Positions 52,100 to 64,000 of a stretch of 64,000 nt of DNA are shown here, piece after piece. The position numbers were made by a program, and so were the translations under genes. Under the pieces are notes generated by a model. It saw only the letters and a list, made by a program, of their open reading frames with translations. It was not told the DNA's origin and did no database searches. The DNA is from Octopus sinensis (lineage: Eukaryota): the NCBI RefSeq assembly GCF_006345805.1, contig NC_042997.1:181970001-182034000 (forward strand). The letters run 5' to 3'. Position 1 is the stretch's first letter, and every line of letters starts with the position of its first letter.

Positions 52100-53860
52100 T
52101 CATGTGGTTGTAGTGAGGAGAAGAGGGGGGAGGGGGAGGAGAAGAGAGGGAGAGAAGGGGAGGGGAGAAGAGGGGGAGGAGAAGGGGGAAGAGGAGACGA
52201 TGGGGGAGAAGGAAGGTGAGGAGGGGGATGAAGGAGGAAAGAGGGGAGAGGGGGAGAGAGAGAAGGGGAGAGAGGGAGTGAGGGAGCAGAGGGAAGGGGA
52301 AGAGGGAGGGAGAAAGAGGGAAGAAGGGAAGGGGAGTAGGGGTGAAAGGATGAAGGACTGAAGAAGTAGGGGGGGGGGGAGAAAGGATAGGTGAGGAGGG
52401 GGGAGAGGGGGGTTAGATGAGGAGGGGGGAGAGTTGAGACCAAATGGCGTATAAGAGCGAAGAGAGAAGATTAATTCCTGTTCACGGCGCAAACGGGAAT
52501 CCGGATGGCCTCTGTGTAAGGACAAACCGAACACAGATAGGTGTTGCAAGGAGTGACCGGTGGAGCGGAAATGGCGTGAGACCGGTGTGTCGTTCGCAAG
52601 GTGGATGTCACGAAGGTGTTCCGCGAACCGGTCAGCCAAGCGGCGTCCCGTTTGTCCGATGTACAAGGAATTGCAGAGAGAGCAAGAGATGCAATAGATA
52701 ATATTGCTGGAGGTGCAGGTGAAGGAGTGGATGATGGGATAGGGTCGATGGTGGGTGCTAGTGAGGCGGGTGGTGTTGGAGAGGTAAGGGCAAGTGCGGC
52801 AACGTGGGCGGGAGCAGGGGAACGAGCCGGGTTGGGAGGTAGGGTCAGGGAAGGAGCTATGGACCAAAAGGTCTCGAAGGTTGTGGGCTCGTTTGAAAGA
52901 GGGGAGGGGTCGGTTAGGGAAGAGGTGTGTGAAGTGGACGGGTCGGACTGGAGATGACGGAAAGCTCGAAGAATGGTGCGTTGGAGACGTAGGGTCGTGG
53001 GGGTGGTAAGTGAGGGAAAAAGGGAGGCGGGAGACTACAGGGCGGGTTCGGGGAGAGAGAGCAGATACACGGTCCACGGACCGTGCTCTGGCAAGGGCGG
53101 TGTGGATAGTGGTGAGGGGGTATCCACGTAGGGTGAAGTGGTGAGCCATACGTTGAGACTGAGTCTCAAAGTCATGGTCGTCACTACAGAGCCTACGTAG
53201 ACGGAGGAATTGGGAATAGGGGATGGAAAGCTTGGTGTGTTCTGGGTGGGAGGAAGAGAAGTTGAGGTATGAGTGTGAGTCTGTGTGTTTGTAGTGAATG
53301 GAGGTGGTAAGAGTGGAGTGAAGAATGCTAACCGAAATGTCGAGGAAGGAGACAGAGGTGTTGGAGATAGTGGAAGTGAAGTGGAGGGCTGGATGGAAAG
53401 ATTGGACGAAAGAGAGGAAGGAATCTAGATGTTCGCGGGAGAGTGAGGTGGCACCGATAATGTCGTCAATATAACGACCATATAGTTCAGGAGTGGGACC
53501 AGTGAAATTAGAGAATATTTGGGCCTCAACATAGCCAACGAACAGGTTCGCATAGTTGGGGCCCATTCGCGTTCCCATGGCCACTCCCGAGACCTGATGG
53601 TAGAACTCGCCCGCGAACGAGAAGCAGCAGTTCAGAGTAAGGACAAGTTCGGCCAGACGAATGAGTGTGGAGGTGTCAGGTACAGGGTTAGAGCGGAGGT
53701 CAAGAAAGTGTCGAAGGGCCTGCAGTCCTTCGTGGTGAGGGATAACAGTATAGAGGCTTTGGATGTCCATAGTAAAAAGGATTTTGGAGGAGCCGGGAGG
53801 AAAGGAGAAAGAGTTGAAAAGCCGGAGAGCATGGTTGGTATCGTGGATGTGGGAGGGAAG
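52100..53860 (-). CDS. PLE reverse transcriptase-GIY-YIG endonuclease polyprotein (N-terminally truncated, open frame)
   Basis: The frame extends upstream of the listed ATG to LPSHIHDTNHAL; motifs TMDIQSLYT, GVAMGTRMGPNYANLF, RYIDD, FLDI, linker CSRPRCRTC, NIIYCISC...YIGQTGRRLADRFAEH. Confidence 0.92.
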   Translation of the reverse strand, partial: LPSHIHDTNHALRLFNSFSFPPGSSKILFTMDIQSLYTVIPHHEGLQALRHFLDLRSNPVPDTSTLIRLAELVLTLNCCFSFAGEFYHQVSGVAMGTRMGPNYANLFVGYVEAQIFSNFTGPTPELYGRYIDDIIGATSLSREHLDSFLSFVQSFHPALHFTSTISNTSVSFLDISVSILHSTLTTSIHYKHTDSHSYLNFSSSHPEHTKLSIPYSQFLRLRRLCSDDHDFETQSQRMAHHFTLRGYPLTTIHTALARARSVDRVSALSPRTRPVVSRLPFSLTYHPHDPTSPTHHSSSFPSSPVRPVHFTHLFPNRPLPSFKRAHNLRDLLVHSSFPDPTSQPGSFPCSRPRCRTCPYLSNTTRLTSTHHRPYPIIHSFTCTSSNIIYCISCSLCNSLYIGQTGRRLADRFAEHLRDIHLANDTPVSRHFRSTGHSLQHLSVFGLSLHRGHPDSRLRREQELIFSLRSYTPFGLNSPPSSSNPPLPPPHLSFLPPPLLLQSFILSPLLPFPSSLFLPPSSPSLCSLTPSLPFSLSPSPLFPPSSPSSPSFSPIVSSSPFSSPSSPLPFSPSLLLPLPPLLLTTTT

Positions 53861-53861
53861 A

Positions 53862-54303
53862 TCTCCTTCTTCTTCCCCCGTCTGTCTTGATAGACAATGG
53901 GTCGCGCCAAGGGTGGGGCCTACTTTGATGATGAGCAGCGTCTGCTGTGACTGAACAGTCCAATTCTAGAGTGGCAGTCCCTGGTACAGTTGCTGCACAC
54001 GAACATCGATGGGTACGTGTGGGGTGTTGCTGCAGTTGTTCTCCTCCTGTCCCGCCTGTCCGACCACAGCTGTGCTCTCCTTTCCTCACTGTCCGGCGCC
54101 AGGCAGAGCGGTCAGCAGCTGTTACCTCCCACGTGTCCACACAGATGTTGGCAGTCCTCAGGTCGCGCTTGCACACATCCCTGTATCGTAGCTGTGGACG
54201 TCCCTTGGGTCGGGATCCCGTGGTGAGTTCGCTGTACAGGATGTCTTTAGGCATGCGACCGTCCTGCATGCGGCAGACGTGTCCGAGCCAGCGCAGTCGT
54301 CTC
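53862..54303 (-). mobile_element. RTE (BovB-like) LINE 3' end with C-terminal C2H2 motif
   Basis: RRLRWLGHVCRMQDGRMPKDILYSEL...GRPQLRYRDVCKRD; after a frameshift CSNCTRDCHSRIGLFSHSRRC*; (GAA)n-like tail. Confidence 0.88.
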
Positions 54304-54359
<56 letters not shown>

Positions 54360-55016
54360 TACACACACGCATGTATATACCTGTGTTTGTGTGTGTTTGT
54401 ATGGGTGTTCATTTTTCGCAGTCATGTAGTCCCGGGTTCGATCCGACTGTGTGATATTTTCAGTAAATATAGTTTTCTATTGTGTCGAGTCGACCCATGA
54501 CATTGCACGTGAAAATAGGCGAACGAGATTTGTAAAGAAACTGTGTCCATCCGATTGATTGATGCTATCTGTAATTCAAAGGTACAAAGGCCATGTCACA
54601 GACAAACTCTGCCGGAAAATTCCGCTAAGGGTTCACGTGTCTGTGAAACGCTCGACTACTTAAACTTTGAATCCATGAGCAGATAATTCAGTTTGAACGG
54701 ACAACTGAATCCGCATCGTTAAAACGAACGGGAGGGAGAAGCATCTAGGCAGTCAACATCACACACGCGCGCATATATACTATAACGCTCAGGCGCGCAA
54801 ACACCTTATTTCAATGCGTGTGTTCCTTAAGACAAAAGAAGAACACCAGTTTAAAAAAATGTAAATATGTATGTATATATGTATGCATGCATGTATGATA
54901 CTAATTCTCTCACACATACTCTTTCTCTACTGTGTGTGTGTGTGTATGTATGTGTGTGTTTGTTCCGTGTGCGTATGAAATCATTTTTACTCTACCGTCG
55001 ATTCCATAGATGATAG

Positions 55017-55019
<3 letters not shown>

Positions 55020-55058
<39 letters not shown>

Positions 55059-55228
55059 TGTGTACAGTGCTCAGGTGCACTACAACTCATCTAAAGTGTA
55101 TATATAATCAGGTGTAGTTTCGGCGGATTTCGGAAAGCATGAGGGCCTTAAAGGATGCAGTGTCATGGCAGTCAACAACTGACGCAGGCAGTTTATTCCA
55201 TGCTTCAGCAACTCTGAGCGTGAAAAAA
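55020..55228 (-). mobile_element. CR1-like LINE 3' end with (ATT)n tail
   Basis: Exact reverse complement of 56296-56480. Confidence 0.88.
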
Positions 55229-55899
55229 GAAAAAATATATATTTATCATTCTTACCTATTTTATAGACATCAATTTAATGAATTTAAAGTTGTTGTACGG
55301 AGAATTAAGAGACCAAAAAAAATATCTATAATCTCCGAAATCAACGACATATCACAAATGTTTTAACATATTATGCTCTGTTTAATTTAATTAATACTGG
55401 AAATTTTTCTATGATGAATAATCCTCTGTCGAGTAAAATATTTGAAATATTGACTACTATAAATCTTAAAATATCACAAAATGAAAATTTACAAAAGTTT
55501 TACCGTTTTTGTAACAATAAAAATATTATTTTTATTAAATTTTAATCTACTTTAATCAAAATATATATAGTACTTCAAGGGAGATAACTCTCATATTTCA
55601 TACAGATGCATTTTACTGCTCTCCCTTGTCTCATACGTTCCTCTAATCAGGCCATCTTTGTGAATACGTGCTATAGAATAAATTGAAAAGATAATTTGTT
55701 GTAAATGTGCTTAATGGATCGGTGTCCCCGGTCTCAAATCCCATGTTTAACTTAAACTATGTTATTCCAGGTGAACCCTGTCAAAATTTTGATGATAGTT
55801 ACATAAATAGGGATAATAAACATACGGAAGCGTCCAGTTAACGTTTATTGCAGTAAATAATCCAAATACAATGGTTAAATAAATACAAGCACTATTTTG

Positions 55900-56682
55900 G
55901 GATCTTTTCGGTTAGAACGGCAGTTTTTTAAAATAATTTCCACATAGCTAAACACTTTTAAACTTCGTATTCTGGTAGAATGTGTTTATAAAACATATTT
56001 TTTTCTCTTGGCTTTATTCAGAAAATTCTATAGTTTGTAAGATATTTGTTGCTTTTTTTATTCAATTTCTGTAATTTCAACCAATCGGTGGCGCCTATTG
56101 AGGTAAGAAACGTTCTGTGCCGTATGAATATTACCAAGTCCGGCGTCTGGCGACGGACTTGGTAAACACCCACAAAGTTACCAAGCACCTCACCAACAAC
56201 AACACTGAACACCTTTTTGATCTCCATGTGTCTAACACACGTGGACATGCCTACAAAGTCAGAAAACAACACAGCTCCCATGACTTTCGGAAACATTTTT
56301 TCACGCTCAGAGTTGCTGAAGCATGGAATAAACTGCCTGCGTCAGTTGTTGACTGCCATGACACTGCATCCTTTAAGGCCCTCATGCTTTCCGAAATCCG
56401 CCGAAACTACACCTGATTATATATACACTTTAGATGAGTTGTAGTGCACCTGAGCACTGTACACAATTATTATTATTATTAATATGTCCCTCGTTTAAGA
56501 AACAGATTGGGTTTATTTACATTTCTGAAGATAAAAAGATACCCTTCCCCCCACCCTAACTAACCCTAACCCTAACCCTAAAACAGATTGAAATGCAATA
56601 GATTGATACTAGGGTCATAATTATGGGTGACAATTTCATATGACACCGCTAGAAAAAACTGCCGTTCAAACCGAAAAGATCC
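55900..56682 (+). mobile_element. MITE (family of 4372-4790) interrupted by a CR1-like insertion
   Basis: GGATC-terminal TIRs; TSD ctattttg at 55892-55899 and 56683-56690. Confidence 0.9.
56132..56480 (+). mobile_element. CR1-like LINE 3' end, TSD aatat
   Basis: RRLATDLVNTHK...TRGHAYK...FRKHFFTLRVAEAWNKLPASVV; (ATT)n tail; aatat at 56127-56131 and 56481-56485. Confidence 0.9.
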
Positions 56683-57501
56683 CTATTTTGCGTCCCTTTA
56701 ACCTTTATTGCAGTAAATAAACCAAATACAACTGTCTTCAAACGAGGACAGTGGGTTTATATGGGTTAAATATGTAACTAATGACAGTATAAATAATTGT
56801 GATCTCATTAAGTAATATGATCTGTTGTAAAAGCTTTGCAACAAAGTATTTACTGAAACTTGTAGGATACAGCAATCTATGTAAAGTGCTATCGTTTCGG
56901 GCGGATTGCCCGCACCAAAATCTTTTTTTTTTTTTTCTCTACAAGAGTTCCTCTCTTCCTCGACATTTTTGTGGTCTTCCATTTGTAACTCGATATCACG
57001 AGAGAGTCGATTAAAGTATATCATTCTGTGTCGTCCGACATGAGAATTGTTATGGCTCGGAACTTACAGATAGAGCTCTTCAACAACAGTGACCAAAATA
57101 TCTTGTCTTCTGCTCTGAAATCATTGAGGATATGTCGGGGATATTTCCATAATACTCTTCCCGCGTCAGTCAGTTCTAATTCCGCCGCGGTCTACTTCGC
57201 CTTTCTTATCCTTTCGGGGTCGATAAATTAAGTACCAGTGAAACAGTGGAATCGATGTAGTCGACTTGTCCCCTTCTTCAAAATTTCAGGCCTTGTGCCT
57301 TTAGTAGAATGAGTTGTTGTTGATATTGATGATGATGATGATGAACAAGGGAACATGATCGATAATTTCAGGCCCATAACTCTGATGAGCGCAGAGATGG
57401 TATTTGTATTTGTATTCGGTAATACCACTAAAAGCTCATAGACCTGTGCAATTCACAGCAAATATTTACAAAACAACTTCCACTTTATGCCATACGTATA
57501 A

Positions 57502-57907
57502 TCTCTCTTTACTCTTTTACTTGTTTCAGTCATTTGATTGCGGCCATGCTTGAGCACCGCCTTTAGTCGGGCAAATCGGCCCCAGGACTTATTCTTTGTA
57601 AGCCTAGTACTTATTCTATCGGTTTCTTTTGCCGAACTGCTAGGTTACGGTGACGTAAACACACCAGCATCGGTTGTCAAGTGATGTTGGGCGGACAAAC
57701 ACAAACACACACATATATATACATATATAGATATACATATATATATACGACGGGCTTCTTTCAGTTTCCGTCTACCAAATCCACTCACAAGGTTTTGGTC
57801 AGCCCGAGGCTATAGTAGAAGACACTTTCCCAAGGTGCCACGCAGTGGGACTGAACCCAGATCTATGTGGTTGGTAAGGAAGCTACTTACCACTCAGCCA
57901 CTCTTGT
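57502..57907 (-). mobile_element. SINE type A
   Basis: Full-length match. Confidence 0.9.
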
Positions 57908-58199
57908 AGACAGGATATAGAAAGTAAATAAACCCGACTTCGTTGGAGGTATTATGAATTTGGATCAATTGAAAACTTTCAACACGGTCATCATCGCTAG
58001 TTGGTATTTGCCCTCAGTACCTAAATGGTTTCGGTCCCGTTTTTCAGAGGTTTGATCGCTTCAACGTATAGCAGCAACAACGTAATGGAGCGGTTTCAAA
58101 TTCTACTCTTGGTTCATCGGAAGTGTTCTCTGCCGTATCTTCTGTATGTACAAACTTTATAACTAACGTACTTTTGTAACTTCAGTCTTTGTATCGTAT

Positions 58200-58432
58200 A
58201 TATTTCTTTACTACCCACAAGAGGCTAAACACAGAGCGGACAAACAAGGACAGACAAACGGATTAAGCCGATTATATCGACCCCAGTGCATAACTGGTAC
58301 TTATTTAATCGACCCCGAAAGGATGAAAGGCAAAGTCGACCTCGGCGGAATTTGAACTCAGAAAGGTAACGGCAGAGGAAATATGGCTACGCATTTCGCC
58401 CGGCGTGCTAACGATTCTGCCAGCTCGCCGCC
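58200..58432 (-). mobile_element. SINE type B
   Basis: Full-length match. Confidence 0.9.
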
Positions 58433-58829
58433 TGAAATAATTATAGTTCATGGTAGAGATTTGAAACTTCCACTTGTATGTTATGTTACTACTTCTAAAC
58501 ACCTTTACCTACTGGGCCACCAAAGCAGCAACTACGTGTCGTATAACCTATCACCTTTTTGTGCGGCATGTTCAACATCGCCAGCTGCCCCCTACTTTTC
58601 CTACCAAAAGCCTATAGTTCTTGGATATTCTAATTAGAGATGACTGCTATATATCTAATGTCTGAGACAGCACGTGAGTTGTTAGCTATGGTCATATTTC
58701 TATTGTTCATGTGTGTGTGTGTGTATTTGTGTCCCGTGTGCGTATGGAATAATTTTTTATTTTACCGTCAGTTCAATCGATAATAGTATATTTATAATCA
58801 CCTATTTTGTAGACATCAATTTAATCAAA

Positions 58830-60110
58830 TTAAAGGTGGCGTTCGGAGAATTAAGAGTGAAAAAATAGTCAATAATCTCCGAAATATTTTCATGACTTTT
58901 CTTATGTATTCGTTTTTCAGTGACTTTTTCATTTGTTTTTTTTTCTTTTAACCTATCAACTTCTAAAACTCTTAAATACTTGTACACGATTTCATTGTCA
59001 ACCTACTTTATATATTCATTTGCGCAGAGCTCAATTCCACCTGTTTCAATCATTTCCCCCGTCTTCATGGTCAGGGTGTTACGTTTATTAATGTTGAATT
59101 CCATTTATACGTCCTCAGTGAATATTCTGACGCTTTTCACCAAAGTGTCAAGTTAATTTTTACATTCTTACCTGATAATTTCTGATCATCCTCAAAAAAA
59201 AAAAAGAGGTGGTTAATGGTTTGTTCAACTTTTCTTAATTCATATCCACCTCTTATAAGATGTGAACGATAGTGATAAGACTGTAAATAGTAATGGTAAT
59301 AGATTATCCTCTTGGACTATTTCTTCCTTTATCATTACTTTCTCTAGTTTCTCACTACCCGATGTGAGTTCTGTCTCCCAGTGGACCATACGATTTCTGA
59401 GAAATTATTATTTTGAATATGCCTTGGCATTTGAACCAGGAACGCGAGACCAAAAGCGAAAGCTATTTTATTGGGTTGTCCGGAAAGTTTATGCCGATTT
59501 GTAGTAGCTTTACCTTTCGGCTTTCCCTCCCAGGCACCTCAATTCTGGGAAGAGGGTATTTTCAAGTTAAAGGAGAGATGGAGACGCATTGTGCAACAAA
59601 ATAGTTCATATTTGGTTGATTAAAAATGTAATGGCAAGTATTTATTGACCTTTTTCTTTCCTTTAAAAATCGGCACGAACTTTCAGGACAACCCAATTTA
59701 ATCAAGCCAGGTCATAGCTAATTTTTCTTTTTGTTCTTTTACCATCTCGAACAATTGCTTTACCTACTATTCTTTTGTATTTTCGGTAACTTTTATGCTC
59801 TGTCAACAGTTTGTTGTTATTTAAATGTTGAAAGATTACTTCGGAGATTATGCTGGTCAGTAATTTCCAAATTAATGGAAGATTGGTTATAGGTCTGTAG
59901 TTGGTTGCTTCATTTACCAATGTTTCATCTTTTACTATTATTGCTGTTGGAGTCTATAGTCGAAACTTTTGTCAAACACTTACGTTACCCTCTGACACAT
60001 TGATATTAAATTCTTAATCCAGTAGCCTCTTCAGTCCATTCGGACCTGGTGATTTCCAGTCGAATGGTTTTCCTTGCCAGTTTACGCAGTATATCGTCTA
60101 GTAGATTTAT
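58830..60110 (-). pseudogene. Fragmented R4/Dong/NeSL-type RT
   Basis: WKSPGPNG..GYWIKN (about 60050), NYRPITNLPLIWKLLTSII (59702-59920), DDQKL.GKN..LDTLVKSVRIFTED (59100-59190), YKYLRVLE (about 58980). Confidence 0.75.
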
Positions 60111-60470
60111 TATTAACACTCTCTACATGAAGAGCTCTCGGCATATCAGCGCTCCTTTAATGTTTAGACATAGACATGAGCAGAAGCTGCGGAATCTATA
60201 GAGATTCTTCGATGGTGAGCAGATGTGATCTCCTTTCCGCAGCTCGTCTCTTCGACGGAGCTACTGTCCTGTGTCAAGCAAGGACTAAAATTAGCATCCG
60301 TAATGTTGTCAGATGTTCACACCCCTCTACAAGTCAGACAATGCAGTCTGGAAGTTTCACGTTTGCAATTCAATGAGCATTACTGACAGGAAAGAGCAGC
60401 AAAGTTCTTAGATAACATTTGAGTGTTGATAAGAATAACCTAGTTGGCCTATTTCCCTTCATCTCTTGAG

Positions 60471-60828
60471 AGCACTACCTTTAGTCGAGCAAATCACCCC
60501 CAGGACTTAGTCTTTGTAAGCCTAGTACTTATTCTATCGGTCTCTTTTGCCGAACCACTAAGTTACGGGGACGTAAACGCACCAGCATCGGTTGTCAAGC
60601 GATGTTGGGGGGACAAATACAGACACACAAATATATACACACACACTTACATATATATACATATATACGACAGGCTTCTTTCAGTTTTCGTCTACCAAAT
60701 CCACTCACAAAGCTTTGGTCAGCCTGAAGCTATAGTAGAAGACACTCGCCCAAGGTGCTATGCAGTGGGACTGAACCTGGAGCCATGTGGTTAGTAAGAA
60801 AGCTGCTTACCACACAGTCACTCCTGCG
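60471..60828 (-). mobile_element. SINE type A, tail-truncated
   Basis: Match to type A. Confidence 0.85.
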
Positions 60829-61479
60829 TTTATTTCCCAGAACTGCTTCATGCTACTAATTATGCATTTGGTCACATGGGTAGTCTACTGTTGCAAATCA
60901 GTAACTAGTATTTACTAATCTCTTATCTCTTATTATAAAAGGCAGATTTTATCTGCCTCCTTTGTCACTTATAGAAATCTACAATATAGGATTTCTTCAA
61001 TACAATTTACCTAGCATTTTAAGAGTAGAGTAGATGCATCGGGTCATGCCAGGTCCAGTTTTTAAAATTTCAACCCCAATTGAGCAAAATTTAGAAAAAC
61101 TCACATTGTGGTGTATGAGTCAAATGTTCTCTTAATGTGGGCTACAGCACTCGCACACACACACACACAAAAGGGAGCGATCTCATTCACTCACGCTATC
61201 ATTCATTTCTACGACTTTCTCTTTGCAAGTTTGCAGCGATTAAAGTGAAACTAATTCGATAAAACGAGAGAAGTGTACCTTAAACCACTACTAAAAAAAA
61301 AAAACAAACAGAAACAAATAAATACATAACGATTACTCCTCACACAATTTCTTCAATTAGAGTGTACCCATGATTTTTCAGAGTACTTCCAGTGGGTGAT
61401 GCCATAAAAAAATTTCTTTCAATTTACCACCAATTAGACAAAATTCGAGAAAACTCAATATTTTAACATTTCACTCCGA

Positions 61480-63400
61480 AAGCATTGATGTACATGTGTG
61501 CGTGCGTGAGTGTGTGTGTGTGTCATTCCTCACACACACGCATACACATACATATATGAGAGTGGCAAACACAAACGTTTCAAACAACTACATACAAACC
61601 GTTGTGTGTTTGTTATTAGTAAAAAAGGCGCCAAAACACAACTCACTTATCATTCCAACACATTGGCAAAGACACACGGACGATCGAATTGCTATAAACA
61701 ATACAGAAAAGGTAAATTGGTTTTTTATTTTACCTGTATATATTTTATTAATAATATTATATATAGATATATGTATATATAATTGCAGTATGAAACAGTG
61801 TTATGTATAAACAGACGACACTTATATATAGTTATAATAAAATGTATGCATCCGTTTAACCCTTTCGTTACCAAACCGCCCGAATTTACCTATTCATATT
61901 TAAATGAGAATATCAGAGTAATCTCTTTAGTACATTCGTGAAAACACGTATTATACTTCGTAAACACTCAAATACAGTTTTGTACAAAAATCGAAGTGTA
62001 ATTTTAATTCCGTGATTATGGGAGATTTTTTTCCGAAATTTGTTCCTATTGTGTTTTCAAAATTTGTAATTTGACAAAAAATGGATACGAATTTCATTAT
62101 ATCAAGCAGCGAGTCAGAATTCGAAGGATTTTTACTGAAGACCTTCATAAATCTAACTCTAACTGAAAAAAAAAAAAAATCTTTATATAAGAGTGAAGTT
62201 GTGTGTCTGTCTCCTACGATTTAGATTCGTAACTCTCCCACATTTGCGGTGCAGTTTAACCAAAAGCGGGATCTTATAGTCGGATTCATCGAGCCCTTCT
62301 GGGATTTATTAGCGCGCGTCTACGATGAGTCTACGATTTAAAAAAAATACCATCATATTTTTCCATTTTAATGCATTTTTTTGCTTTTTTGGCATAACTC
62401 TCTAAAAATGCTTATATGTTATTTCCTTACAAACCCGAGCAACGCCGGGCGATACTGCTAGTTAAAGATAAACCTAGAACCTAGGTACAATATAGAATAG
62501 AATTTGTACAATATAGAATTTCTTCAATTGGAATTTACCTACGATTTTTACAAGTAGATTCGATTGGGTCATGGCATGTAAAGTTTTTTCTATTTGACCC
62601 CCAATTAAGCAAAAATTCGAGAAAAATAAATATTTTACGATTTGCCTCTCTAATTTCAACTGCTTCACTCAAACTATTACCACACTTTCTGCTACTTTCT
62701 CTTTGCAAGTGTACACACACATAGACACACAAACATATACTTATACGATAGCCTCTCTCATTTCAAATGCTTTCCTCCGTTTTTTTTCGGGAAGTTCTTT
62801 TGAAGTTGGTGTGCATCGGAAGCATTGATGTACATGTGTGCGCGCGTTAGTGTGTGTGTGTGTGTTTGATGGGGTGTGCGACACAGAAAGTGTGGTGTGT
62901 AAATGAAGTGCTTTTGTTAGTGTGTGTAAAGAGACAGAGAGAGTAATGTTGTGCTGTGTGTGTATGTGTGAAAGACAGAGATAACTGAACTTTTTTTATT
63001 CACTTTTTGTAGTGAGTGACTGAGAGAGAAAAGAAGAGAGAGAGGTTATGTATGTATATATGTATGTATGGCTTCAGTGACACACACACAAAAACACATA
63101 CCTACGTACACCTAAAGCACGCACACACACAAACGGAGCGCGAACTTCAAAAGAACTTCGCGCTCTATCTGGTTTGCCATTCCTCACACACACGCATACA
63201 CACGCAAACATATACATATATGACAGTGACAAACACAAACGTTTCAAACAACTACATACAAACACTCAAACACACATACACACACGTGTGTGTTTGTTAT
63301 TAGTAAAAAAGGCGCCAAACACAACTCACTTCTCATTCGAACACATTTGCAAAAACACACCGACGGTCGAATTGCCATAACTCAACAGAAAAGGTAAATT
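61480..63400 (+). repeat. Related interspersed repeat segments (61480-61735; 62818 onward; 63176-63400)
   Basis: Shared gaagcattgatgtacatgtgtg and aaacgtttcaaacaactacatacaaac...ttagtaaaaaaggcgccaaa blocks; family unidentified. Confidence 0.65.
62180..62461 (+). mobile_element. Non-autonomous Helitron-type element, internally deleted
   Basis: Same family as 30587-30995; A|TC ... hairpin ... CTAG|T. Confidence 0.85.
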
Positions 63401-64000
63401 TGTTTTTAATTTACTTTCTGTCGCTAAATTTTGGTAGTATTAATTGGCGAGCGTACTTCAGTTGTCAATTGTTGACAGAAAGAAATTGTAAGCTAATAAG
63501 GTGTGTGTGTCTGTCTGTCTGTGTGTGTGTGTGTGTGTGTGTAGGAAGTGAAGGATAAAAATATGGCAAGAAGTGGACAGATGTACATATATACATACAT
63601 ACATCCATACATACATATATGTGTGTGTGTGTCTATGTATGTGTATTAATGTGTGTGTGTGTGTCTATGTATGTGTATTAATGTGTGTGTGTTATCTCTC
63701 TCTATATAAAGCTGAAGTTGTCTGTGTGCGCCAGGTTTGGTAACCTTCAACTAACACTATCTCCTCCGAGACCCTGCTGCGCAAGTTGACCAAAATTGAG
63801 AGTATGATAGAAGAAGGGTTGCTCTTCTTTTCGTAGAACATAGAATTCAAATCGGACCATGTTAACAGCAAAAATTATTTACATCAAAAAGCTGCTTTTT
63901 TCTATGAAAATACCTATTTTTTACCATTTTTTCACTGCTGTGTCGCCATTTTCGGTGTATTTCAACCAGAAAAATGTTCACAAAATTTTTACTTTTCAAA

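Larger units (their letters stand above)
51415..53861 (-). mobile_element. 5'-truncated Penelope-like element (Neptune-like) with 3' terminal repeat ending at (TA)n
   Basis: RT plus GIY-YIG ORF, CT-rich and minisatellite 3' region, hammerhead-bearing terminal repeat. Confidence 0.9.

Noticed and set aside
58010-58130. Two hammerhead-like relics on the minus strand (CUGAAAA...GAAACC; CCGAUGA...GAAACCG)
   Set aside because: Each needs three or more corrections to reach consensus; not distinguishable from chance by eye.

Overview
AT-rich, repeat-dense eukaryotic DNA; the SINE set, microsatellite load and C2H2 relic suggest an octopus genome (inference). I found no intact host protein-coding gene, and nearly all listed ORFs are microsatellite or SINE read-throughs. 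Contents: about 25 tRNA-derived SINEs of at least four types; several dead LINE fragments (RTE, CR1-like, R4/Dong-like); a 5'-truncated Penelope-like element (PLE, RT plus GIY-YIG, open frame); a dead mariner; three copies of an 8-bp-TSD MITE carrying telomeric repeats; three Helitron-type non-autonomous elements; a decayed C2H2 zinc-finger array; a retroposed 5S rRNA copy; and a 100-N gap. The main unexplained signal is nine type-I hammerhead-ribozyme-like motifs of three architectures with palindromic stem III. Five are clustered on the minus strand just downstream of the PLE ORF (48.2-51.6 kb). Also notable are a C4HC3 PHD-like finger inside an RTE reverse transcriptase and a TSD-flanked 5S-SINE cassette. 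All calls were made by eye; repeat edges are approximate unless TSDs or TIRs are quoted.
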